Source of the DNA: Candidatus Zixiibacteriota bacterium
GTDB taxonomy: Bacteria > Zixibacteria > MSB-5A5 > JAABVY01
Assembly: GCA_011056555.1 (NCBI GenBank)
Contig: DSEQ01000021.1
Coordinates: 1-64,000, forward strand
DNA length: 64,000 nt
Reading direction: 5' to 3'
The notes below the pieces were generated by a model. It ran no database searches and was not told where the DNA came from. It saw only the letters and a program-made list of their open reading frames with translations. This document shows positions 48,403-56,857 of this stretch, piece by piece (position 1 is the first letter of the stretch; each line of letters starts with the position of its first letter). The position numbers and the translations under genes are program-made.

Positions 48403-48454
48403 AATAATATATTATTCAAATCATCAGCTACACCCCGATATATAATAATATATT
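48403..48454. promoter_or_regulatory. candidate operators: 11-bp direct repeat AATAATATATT x2 in the divergent switch region
   Basis: Copies at 48403-48413 and 48444-48454; a TTGACA hexamer at 48503 lies close to the repressor ATG. Confidence 0.3.
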
Positions 48455-48538
48455 CGGCATTGTCAAGGGCAAATTCCGTTTTTTTTATGGATTTTCTTAT
48501 TCTATTTGACAACAACAAGTTAATAGGTCAAATATATT

Positions 48539-48991
48539 ATGCAAATGGCAGAAAATATTAGAAAGCAGTTTCTAAAGGGATTCGGAGCCCGTCTTTTAAA
48601 ACTCTATTCAGAGTCAAATTTTCGATCTTATGCTCACTTTGCAGATAAATTGCGAGAGACCGGCTTTGAAGTAACGAATGATACTGTTTCCAAATGGATG
48701 AGTAAGGAGCCCAGCGAACCAAGAGCATCGGCTATCGTGGCATTATCCAAAGTGTTGAATGTCTCAGCAGATTATCTATTGACTGGAAAAGAACCAGAGT
48801 CCAAAGATGAGAATTTAGCGAAGTTATTGAAGTATTTAAATGATATAAAAAACCAAGCAAACGATTTATCCGATCCCCGGTTACAGCAGTACGCCAGGAG
48901 ATTTGCGGCTCTTCCTGATAATCTGAGGGAAGCAGCGGAGCAGCTTCTTAGGGCTATGGAGGAGGTAGCCAAGAAAAAGCTGGAAGAATAG
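48539..48991 (+). CDS. XRE-family HTH repressor (CI-like)
   Basis: SYAHFADKLRETGFEVTNDTVSKWMSK...LSKVLNVSADYLL; divergent from lytic genes; no S24 peptidase domain. Confidence 0.55.
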   Translation: MQMAENIRKQFLKGFGARLLKLYSESNFRSYAHFADKLRETGFEVTNDTVSKWMSKEPSEPRASAIVALSKVLNVSADYLLTGKEPESKDENLAKLLKYLNDIKNQANDLSDPRLQQYARRFAALPDNLREAAEQLLRAMEEVAKKKLEE

Positions 48992-49174
48992 ATGACCCAA
49001 CCATAGAACCACGATCGGGGATCATTATGTCGAACAAGTCCAATGTGCGGACACGGAAGGACTGCGTTTTAGGGTATGTTTTGTCATTGGCAGTATGTCA
49101 TGCAAATCTTAAAAAAAATCTAAAAACAAGAGTCATTTTGTAATCAAATGAAGATCACTTTAGGGGAGGTTTAG

Positions 49175-49831
49175 ATGAAAAGAATGTCATTTTTTGCAGT
49201 TCTAACCTTGTTTTTAGCTGTGCCCGTTTGTGGCCAGGATTACGCCGCGGAAGACCATCACTATGGTTTCCATTTTGGAGCGGCTTACTCGAATTTCCAG
49301 GATGACAAGCTGGAAATTGAAATAATAGAACCTGACGATATAATCACTTTCTATCTGGGAGGCAGTTTATTCTTTTACGAAATATTTGCATTGGAGGTAT
49401 CAGTCAGCTATGCCAAAGAATCTGTCTACGAGGTCGCTTCCGGAGCAGCTGTCAATTACGGCGACTTTACTCAATTTCCGATTTCAGTATCGGCAAAATT
49501 GTATAATAACCCGGAGGGAGGGAAAGTCCGGGCTTTCCTGGCGGCTGGCATGAGCTATTATTTTCTGGACTTCGACCAAAGTCAGTATCTCACAAATATA
49601 TATTCTGATGTCTACGGGGTGACCGGAAAAGTAAAAGTTGAAAACGAACTGTCACCTTTTTTTGCAATAGGCATCGATATATTCATCTCCCACAATGCGG
49701 CAATAAGCTCCCAGATCAAATACACTTGGTTAAATCCGAGAGTTACGCTCCCGATCCCAATGATCTGGGATGAGCATCTAAAGGTTAACCCCTTCACTAT
49801 CTCCCTGGGATTTTCTCTTTATGGCGGATAA
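49175..49831 (+). CDS. small outer-membrane beta-barrel protein (Lom/OmpX/OmpW-size)
   Basis: Signal peptide MKRMSFFAVLTLFLAVPVCG; strong SD GGGGAGG; Gly/Tyr-rich alternating strands. Confidence 0.5.
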   Translation: MKRMSFFAVLTLFLAVPVCGQDYAAEDHHYGFHFGAAYSNFQDDKLEIEIIEPDDIITFYLGGSLFFYEIFALEVSVSYAKESVYEVASGAAVNYGDFTQFPISVSAKLYNNPEGGKVRAFLAAGMSYYFLDFDQSQYLTNIYSDVYGVTGKVKVENELSPFFAIGIDIFISHNAAISSQIKYTWLNPRVTLPIPMIWDEHLKVNPFTISLGFSLYGG

Positions 49832-49892
49832 AACAAGGTGTAATTTGCGAGAACAAATGAGCCAACACAAAACTCTTCAGAAAGGAGTGAAT

Positions 49893-50129
49893 ATGGCAGA
49901 TTTCGAAGTTCGGATCCTTAATCACGACCTGGAACCGATTCAAGGCGTCAGAGTCAGACTGGAATTCACACCACTCACAAGAGGTATGACCGGCGAAGAG
50001 TACACTGACTCAGACGGGGTGGCAATGTTCTCCGGTTTTGATGAAGGTGAAGTCAATGTCTATGTGGATCACAGCGATTACGGCAGCTATCGATACGAAG
50101 ACGGAGGCAGCATAACAATCACAAAATGA
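49893..50129 (+). CDS. hypothetical small beta-rich protein
   Basis: ATG at 49893 with AGGAG 7 nt upstream; 78 aa; followed by GGGAGGGAGGC/GCCTCCCTGCC hairpin at about 50195-50232. Confidence 0.35.
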   Translation: MADFEVRILNHDLEPIQGVRVRLEFTPLTRGMTGEEYTDSDGVAMFSGFDEGEVNVYVDHSDYGSYRYEDGGSITITK

Positions 50130-50404
50130 GCAATTCTCTGCTTCCCCGCAGCGGAGACCTGAGGACCGATAAAGGGAGGGAGGCTTTTGCAGGCCTCCCT
50201 GCCGAAGATAGGCAGAAATAATGGATGGAGATTACAAAAGAAGACCGCAAGAAACAGCAATTTCATTTATGTGACGGTGGTAGTTTTGACTTGCATTCCC
50301 GCACGAAACTGATAAATTGATAACGTGGTGCTGCTGGCTTCAGAGGGAAATAAGAGCCGACTTCTTTTGGTCATCCTGATATTTTTAGAGCTTAGGCATA
50401 GATT

Positions 50405-51508
50405 ATGAAAAGACTAATTTACATTCTTAGAGACAATAATATTGAATGTCTTCCTAATGAGCGCTTCACACTCGATGTAGAAATGTTTCCAGAATACAGT
50501 GAGGAACCCGTGTTCCCCAAGCAGGTATTATTCGAATCTCCCAAATTGAAAGCCGGAAAGAAATCAGTTCCTGAAGGCGTGCATTCTATGTTTCGATACT
50601 TTCTTGATGGTTCCCAGCGCTCACACCGCGTCATTGATGCCAGTTTCGGGAGTCATTATCTTCCAATATGTGCCGGCCAAATCGGAGTGGCCGTTCTCGA
50701 GAGATTGGATTCTGGCCGCATGGTCCCCCGGAAGGATCTAACCCGAGTCGAAAACATACTTGCAGTTCCCAATGTGATCGGGCAGGATAACGCAAAGGAC
50801 CTTGAGCAGAAAATCAACAAGGAAATGTCGAAAAATGATCACTTCCGCATAGTGCGTTATGATTACCAAACGAAAGATGATAAAGATCCCGCAGACCTCG
50901 GAAGAGCGATGATCATCCATGAAATGCAGATGCTCGAATTGCGCACCATTAGGGACATGATCACTAATCAGGCAATCCAAGAGGATAAGATGTTGGCAAA
51001 GGACGGAGGCCTTCAATATCGCGACACTAAAATCAAAGATCTGAATCTCTCAAAAGATGACCTCGTCCAATTGAGAAATGTGATCGGCTTAGCGAAGACA
51101 TTTAAGCCTAACATGACGGTCGGTCAGGGGCGGGGTCGCCAAGATCTTGGCAATTTGACCAAAGGTCTTGATTGGAAAGAACGAACGACTGTCATAAGTC
51201 CAAATAAAGATGAGATAACAGCTCATGGCTGGTGGTACCTTCGCCTTCGACCGCGTGAGAAAGTCTATAGTCCGCTCCAGGGAATCGCCAAAATAGAAGT
51301 ATTTGCCTCTGATGAAGAAAAAGAGAATGATGGGATTGCTGAAGCACGAGCCGATACCATTTCTTCATACGTCTTGCGAGAGCGCAATGTCACTGCTTAT
51401 AATGCTGATAAACGCTGGGCGAGTCATATTTATCCGATATTTTTAGCCGAGACATATTTGCGTTCTTCTTTTCTCAGTCATGAAAGATTTAAAGCAATGA
51501 TTATTTGA
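50405..51508 (+). CDS. candidate system gene A: putative NurA-like nuclease (tentative)
   Basis: 367 aa; FLDGSQ motif at D68 resembling the NurA DGS hallmark, with downstream acidic residues E99 and D111; gene order (immediately upstream of a HerA-like ATPase) parallels NurA-HerA and effector-HerA systems. Inference only. Confidence 0.35.
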   Translation: MKRLIYILRDNNIECLPNERFTLDVEMFPEYSEEPVFPKQVLFESPKLKAGKKSVPEGVHSMFRYFLDGSQRSHRVIDASFGSHYLPICAGQIGVAVLERLDSGRMVPRKDLTRVENILAVPNVIGQDNAKDLEQKINKEMSKNDHFRIVRYDYQTKDDKDPADLGRAMIIHEMQMLELRTIRDMITNQAIQEDKMLAKDGGLQYRDTKIKDLNLSKDDLVQLRNVIGLAKTFKPNMTVGQGRGRQDLGNLTKGLDWKERTTVISPNKDEITAHGWWYLRLRPREKVYSPLQGIAKIEVFASDEEKENDGIAEARADTISSYVLRERNVTAYNADKRWASHIYPIFLAETYLRSSFLSHERFKAMII

Positions 51509-51521
51509 AAGGGGAAATCCC

Positions 51522-53210
51522 ATGCCCGAAAAAGAATGTATCGGAAAGGTCACCGCGACCGAAAGCAAACCAACCACCTGTACCAGCGTTTACTTCTGGC
51601 TAAGTCCGGATGTTATCATTCGCCCCTTTGACCTCGTGAGGATTGGACACATCTCCGGAGATGGAAACAAAAAAAGCTACTCATATGCAATAGTTCGGGA
51701 ACTCAGCTACATCACAGATAGCGTAGGCCACCTGGCAAATTACGTCTCTTCCGATTTCGGTGATATTAATGCGCATCCGATCAATGAACGGCTTGGAACC
51801 ACGATTGCTGAGGCGGATGTTCTCGGGAACAGCCAGAATATCGAGATGCCGATTCGAGACGGTGCGCGTGTAGAATGGGCGGGACCTGAGGAAATTAGAA
51901 GCGCCCTGGGAGTCGAAAATCTTATAAAGCCTATTCCTGGAGGCTATATTCGTACTTCGAACAAAGAGGAAATCCGCATTGATTTCGAGGCCCGATATCT
52001 CGTTGGCCCCGAGGCAGCTCACATAAACATTTCTGGAATCTCTGGTTTGGCAAGCAAAACATCTTACGCAATGTTTCTTTTAAGCGCATTACAGCAACGT
52101 ATGCAAGACGAAGTAAGCATCATTCTATTCAATGTCAAAGGCCCTGATTTGCTGGCCGTTGATCAGCCGAATGCCTCGATGAGTGAGACACACCAGCAGG
52201 ACTGGAGAAAATGCGGTCTTGAACCGCGGCCACTTGAAAACGTCACCTATCTCTATCCCTATGCCAAGCGTCCGGACCGCTTCTTTACTTCAAGCCATGC
52301 CCCCAATGACGTTATTCAATTTCAAATTGAGCAAAACCAGGCTTTCAATTATTACTACGACGTAGAAACATTTAAGGGTGGTGAAGAAGGCAGTGAGACT
52401 GATGTTGGACGCGATAAGATGTCGCTTCTCTTTTCTGACATTGATGATCCACAATCTACCATGGAAAGCTGTATTCATGAACTCGGAGAGATTCAAGCGG
52501 AGACGTGGGAGAAACTGAGAGAAGAAATCCATGCCAAAACTGAGAAAGGGCAAACCGGACGAAAAGAGATCTCGGTTCAATCCTGGCGCAAATTCAGTCG
52601 GCTAATTCGAACACGAACCACCCATGACATTTTCTCGTCCAATTATTATGGTGAGGACCGGCGCCAAAAGCTCATTGTGGATGCAATTAAGGATTTGAGG
52701 CCCGGAGGAATTCTTGTTGTGGATATCGCTCCCTTACCTGATTATCTTCAATGCTTGGTTTTTGGAGATGTAATCCGAACCGTTTTTGATGCAAAACTCG
52801 ATCTATACGAGAACATTAAAAAAGAAGATTTGGGAAGAGTTGTCATCTTTGCAGATGAATTAAATAAATACGCACCTTCCACATCCGGATCCCGGGATAG
52901 GACTCTCACCCGCTGGCTTCTGGAAATAACTGAACGAGGACGTTCGCTCGGAGTAGTCCTATTTGGTGCAGAGCAGTTCAGAAGTGCTATTCATTCCCGG
53001 GTGCTCGGAAATTGCAGCACGGACGTATTCGGTAGAACAAATCCTGTTGAGCTCTCGAAGGCCCCAGACTACAGGCTATTCTCGCAATCCAATAAAGCTA
53101 CTGTTACAAGACTCAACCAGGGTCAAATGCTGCTTCAGCATTCTGTATTTAATACTGCATTAATAAAGGTTCGTTTCCCATATCCAGCTTATCGGCAGCT
53201 GCAGAGGTAA
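51522..53210 (+). CDS. candidate system gene B: HerA/FtsK-like ATPase with HAS-barrel-like N-terminus and deviant P-loop
   Basis: SD AAAGGGGA; N-terminal IGKVTATES...DLVRIGHISGDG; P-loop-like GISGLASKTS (Ser replaces the second Gly); Walker B VVIFADELNKY; FGAEQF in the ATQRP position. Confidence 0.5.
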   Translation: MPEKECIGKVTATESKPTTCTSVYFWLSPDVIIRPFDLVRIGHISGDGNKKSYSYAIVRELSYITDSVGHLANYVSSDFGDINAHPINERLGTTIAEADVLGNSQNIEMPIRDGARVEWAGPEEIRSALGVENLIKPIPGGYIRTSNKEEIRIDFEARYLVGPEAAHINISGISGLASKTSYAMFLLSALQQRMQDEVSIILFNVKGPDLLAVDQPNASMSETHQQDWRKCGLEPRPLENVTYLYPYAKRPDRFFTSSHAPNDVIQFQIEQNQAFNYYYDVETFKGGEEGSETDVGRDKMSLLFSDIDDPQSTMESCIHELGEIQAETWEKLREEIHAKTEKGQTGRKEISVQSWRKFSRLIRTRTTHDIFSSNYYGEDRRQKLIVDAIKDLRPGGILVVDIAPLPDYLQCLVFGDVIRTVFDAKLDLYENIKKEDLGRVVIFADELNKYAPSTSGSRDRTLTRWLLEITERGRSLGVVLFGAEQFRSAIHSRVLGNCSTDVFGRTNPVELSKAPDYRLFSQSNKATVTRLNQGQMLLQHSVFNTALIKVRFPYPAYRQLQR

Positions 53211-53212
53211 AT

Positions 53213-54781
53213 ATGATGTCCTCAAATTCTGAAAAAATGCCAAAGATAGGGGCATTCGTTCTTGAGACCCTAACCACCGGGATGTACACTAATTCTCTTG
53301 ATACGCTTAGGGAATATATACAGAATTCGTTCGATTCGATCCGCGAATCCGAACGAAGCAACAAATTGACATATGGAGCTGGTCGAATAGATCTCACAAT
53401 AGATGAAAAGAGCCGAATTCTCAAATTGCGTGATAACGGATTGGGCATTCCTAAAAATGAGGTGAAATCCCGGCTTGTTAATATTGGAATGTCTTCAAAG
53501 ACTATCCAGCATTATGCAGGCTTTCGCGGAATAGGGCGACTTGCTGGAATTGCATATTGCGACAGGCTTATTTTCACAACCCAGGCAAAAGATGAAAACG
53601 AATTTTCGCGAGTGGTATTTAACTGCCGAGAACTGCGCAACGCTATGTCTCCAAAATTAAAGCAAATTAGCGAATTGGCTGAGGTGATAAATGAGCATGC
53701 ATCTGTCACTAACGAGAAGACACGCAATAGAGGACATTTCTTTGAAGTTTTAATGGAGGGGATCAATGAGGCCGGACAGTCATTTCTGGACTGGAAGATT
53801 ATCGAAAATTACCTCAGCCAGATAGCTCCGGTCGGTCTTGATACACAATCCTTCTATCACGCAGGTGAAATCATTCAATGGCTGAAAAAGCGAAATATCG
53901 ACGTTCCGACGGTGAGCATAACAATCAATGCAGGATTAATGAAGCGCCAGGTTTTTAAACCGTATCGCAAGCTGACATATACGACCGCACAGGAGAAACA
54001 CAAAATACATTTGAAGAAGATACGTTTTTTCCCCGATGACGCTGGACCTGATTCTCCCTTCTGGGGTTGGTATGCTGAAACCAATTGCCCCGGCACAATT
54101 GGAGACGAGAGGGTTGCAGGAATTCGATTGCGAAAAGATAATATCGGCATTGGTATGGCGGAAAATATGACAAAGATCTTTGCTGAAGCTTCTGAAAGCT
54201 ACGCTCGACTCAATAAGTACTTCATGGGTGAGATCCATATTCAGGACCCGAATATTATACCAAATGCAAGGCGGGATGGATTTGAGGAGGGTCCGGAATG
54301 GTTGAAAGTTCGCCAATCGTTGGTTGAGTTCGCGAAGGAAAGAAGCCGAGAAGCATACCATTTATCACAAGCACGTAATTTGGACATTGAGAGGCTGCTT
54401 GGGGCTGCCAAGAGAGAGAAGGAATCTGCTCAAAAGAGAAAAAAGACTGGGTTGGCCTCCAAGGAGGAAAAAGAAAAGGTTCTTGGCAAGCTCGATAGGC
54501 AAATAGCGAAGCTCGAGGCTGCAAAAAAGTCTGATCGAGATGAGAATGAGCGGAAGCAGATAGATCGCACTTATAAAGAACTTCAAAATACCAGGCAGGC
54601 AATCGAAAACGAAACCCATTATGTGGCTCAGAATCTGAATTCAGCTCTGGATAAAAAGCAGAGGAAAATTATATCTGAAATAATCGGAATTCTTTATGAT
54701 GTGTTGGACGATGGATCATTCGAGAAGGCCCGTGCTGCGATCCTGGCAAAATATCAAATCCCAAACAAGAAGAGAGAGTAA
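53213..54781 (+). CDS. candidate system gene C: GHKL (Bergerat-fold, MORC/Hsp90/MutL-like) ATPase with coiled-coil C-terminus
   Basis: N-box EYIQNSFDS, G1 box LRDNGLGIP, G2 box GFRGIGRLAGIAY; C-terminal K/E-rich coiled coil. Confidence 0.55.
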   Translation: MMSSNSEKMPKIGAFVLETLTTGMYTNSLDTLREYIQNSFDSIRESERSNKLTYGAGRIDLTIDEKSRILKLRDNGLGIPKNEVKSRLVNIGMSSKTIQHYAGFRGIGRLAGIAYCDRLIFTTQAKDENEFSRVVFNCRELRNAMSPKLKQISELAEVINEHASVTNEKTRNRGHFFEVLMEGINEAGQSFLDWKIIENYLSQIAPVGLDTQSFYHAGEIIQWLKKRNIDVPTVSITINAGLMKRQVFKPYRKLTYTTAQEKHKIHLKKIRFFPDDAGPDSPFWGWYAETNCPGTIGDERVAGIRLRKDNIGIGMAENMTKIFAEASESYARLNKYFMGEIHIQDPNIIPNARRDGFEEGPEWLKVRQSLVEFAKERSREAYHLSQARNLDIERLLGAAKREKESAQKRKKTGLASKEEKEKVLGKLDRQIAKLEAAKKSDRDENERKQIDRTYKELQNTRQAIENETHYVAQNLNSALDKKQRKIISEIIGILYDVLDDGSFEKARAAILAKYQIPNKKRE

Positions 54782-56196
54782 TGCGAAATATACTCCTTGC
54801 GGAACCCGACTATAGATCGAAATTTCCACCTCTTGGGTTGATGAGATTATCCACGTATCATAAGAGTGAGGGAGATAATGTTACCTTTGTCCGCGGAAGA
54901 AATCCGGATTTGCGGTCGGTAAATTGGCACCGCATTTATATCTCATCGCTTTACACATGGGAATTGCCGCGCACATTGAAGACGATCAAGTACTATGGCA
55001 CTGCCGTAAATAATCCGAAGGATATCATCGTGGGCGGGACAGCTGTGACTCTTCTTCCACAATACATTCGAAGCAAGACAAATGTAACAGTTATTGAGGG
55101 CCTGCTGGATAGACCAAACATGCTTGGTATAGGATCAAAGGCCATCGCTAAACTCATTCCCGATTATTCTATCATAGAGGCAGTGCCGGATTATGAATAT
55201 TTCCCAGCAGATGCTTATTTTACCAAGATCACCAAAGGCTGTATACGCTCCTGTAAATTTTGCGCTGTGCCCATATTGGAAAGAAAATTCGGGTTCTTAA
55301 AGGATCTAAGAAGACAAATTGAAGATGTCAATGAAAGGCATGGGGAGAAGCAGAATCTTGTCGTGATGGATAATAATATTCTTGGTATTGACAGAATCCA
55401 ATCAATCTTCGATGATATAGCAAAGGTCGGCTTTGCCGCAGGTGCAATGAAAAACGGTAAAAAGCGGTCAGTCGACTTTAATCAGGGATTGGACGCGCGC
55501 CTGATTAATAAGGATCCGTCGCTTGCTGAAGGATTAGCCAGTATATGCACTTCTCCCGTCCGACTGGCGTTCGATTTTGTTGGCATGGAACGGCCATATC
55601 GGCGTGCGATTAAGATTCTCAGGCAGAACGGGTTCAATGAATTCACAAATTATATGCTCTTCAACTTCAAAGATGCCCCAGAAGATCTGTACAGACGAAT
55701 TTGGATAAATGCGGAACTGAATTCCGAATTGGGAATCAGGATCACCGGATTCCCGATGAGATTCATACCCATGGATGATATAAAGAGAAACCATATAGCT
55801 AAAAAATGGAAATGGAGATATTTAAGAGGCATCCAGTGTGTTCTCTTAGCAACCCGGGGGCTTATAAGTCCAAATCGCGAATTCACCCGGGCTGCTTTCG
55901 GGAGTTCTTTCAATGAATTTCTTGAGATTCTTTCCATGCCGGATAGATACATTATTTACAGGGAGGACTATAGGAATAATGGCGCTGATCAATGGCGCCG
56001 GCTCTTCCGGAGGCTCCGCCCACATAAGAGGGAGGAATTTCTGAATCTTCTCGAAGAGTTAAACAAGAGCTATCGCGATAGAAAAAAACGGATTGCAAAA
56101 TTCAATGGGCTATTTGGAAAGCTGCTGGAGCATTACTATCCAAATGGCGAAACGCCCCAGCGAAAGCCTAAACAAGACAGCCATTTCCAAGTTTGA
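54781..56196 (+). CDS. candidate system gene D: B12-binding-domain-type (class B-like) radical SAM enzyme
   Basis: N-terminal ILLAEP...FPPLGLMRLSTY resembling the B12-binding radical SAM N-domain; GCIRSCKFCAVP (CxxxCxxC); VVMDNNILG following; TAATG overlap with gene C. Confidence 0.6.
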   Translation: MRNILLAEPDYRSKFPPLGLMRLSTYHKSEGDNVTFVRGRNPDLRSVNWHRIYISSLYTWELPRTLKTIKYYGTAVNNPKDIIVGGTAVTLLPQYIRSKTNVTVIEGLLDRPNMLGIGSKAIAKLIPDYSIIEAVPDYEYFPADAYFTKITKGCIRSCKFCAVPILERKFGFLKDLRRQIEDVNERHGEKQNLVVMDNNILGIDRIQSIFDDIAKVGFAAGAMKNGKKRSVDFNQGLDARLINKDPSLAEGLASICTSPVRLAFDFVGMERPYRRAIKILRQNGFNEFTNYMLFNFKDAPEDLYRRIWINAELNSELGIRITGFPMRFIPMDDIKRNHIAKKWKWRYLRGIQCVLLATRGLISPNREFTRAAFGSSFNEFLEILSMPDRYIIYREDYRNNGADQWRRLFRRLRPHKREEFLNLLEELNKSYRDRKKRIAKFNGLFGKLLEHYYPNGETPQRKPKQDSHFQV

Positions 56197-56200
56197 TCAG

Positions 56201-56854
56201 ATGCTCTATATTTTTTTGGATGAAAGTGGAAACTTCGATTTTTCAGGGAGAGAGGGTCGGCAGTATTTTATCATTACGGGCCTGTCTGTTTTCCGCCCGT
56301 TTCCCTGCTTTGAGGAGCTTCTTGAATATCGACATGACTTGTGGGAGTCCGGTCAAGAAATAGAATACTTTCATGCAAATAATGATCAGCCTCACGTTAG
56401 AAAAAAAGTGTTTGAAATTATATGCAAACAATTAGGTAAACTCCAGGCGGACTCAATAATCTTAGAAAAACGAAAAACATACCCGCAGCTCCAGAAGGAT
56501 CGCGAGAGATTCTATAAAACATTTCTCGGCATTCTGCTCAAATATATCCTTAAGGGTCATACCTGGCATAATATAAAGGATATAGTAATGATACACGATC
56601 GACTTGCACCAGAAAAGAGAAAGAGGCTCTCGGACGCGATAAAGGATGCCCTCTTTTTTTGGGCGGACGACGTCGACGGCAATTATTATATAAATTTCAT
56701 CCAGTCCAAAGCCAGCTTTCTTTTGCAGATTGTGGATTATATAAACTGGGCTATAGCCCGAAAATGGGAATATGGCGATCAGAGTTTTTATGACCTAATC
56801 CAGCCGTGTATTAAGAGTGAACGTGATATCTTCAACTGGTGGAAGTACAAATAA
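56201..56854 (+). CDS. candidate system gene E: DUF3800 family protein
   Basis: Start at ATG 56201, 4 nt after the gene D stop (ORF track extends upstream via TTG); N-terminal MLYIFLDESGNF matches the DUF3800 hallmark YIDESG. Confidence 0.55.
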   Translation: MLYIFLDESGNFDFSGREGRQYFIITGLSVFRPFPCFEELLEYRHDLWESGQEIEYFHANNDQPHVRKKVFEIICKQLGKLQADSIILEKRKTYPQLQKDRERFYKTFLGILLKYILKGHTWHNIKDIVMIHDRLAPEKRKRLSDAIKDALFFWADDVDGNYYINFIQSKASFLLQIVDYINWAIARKWEYGDQSFYDLIQPCIKSERDIFNWWKYK

Positions 56855-56857
56855 AAT

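Noticed and set aside
50130-50404. Promoter for the five-gene operon
   Set aside because: A TTGACT hexamer is present near 50286 but no acceptable -10 at proper spacing was found, so no promoter is called. A GGGAGGGAGGC/GCCTCCCTGCC hairpin here more likely terminates the upstream small gene.
54781-56196. Viperin-like assignment for the cargo radical SAM gene
   Set aside because: The N-terminal domain is of the B12-binding radical SAM type and viperin C-terminal motifs are absent, so a viperin call is not supported.
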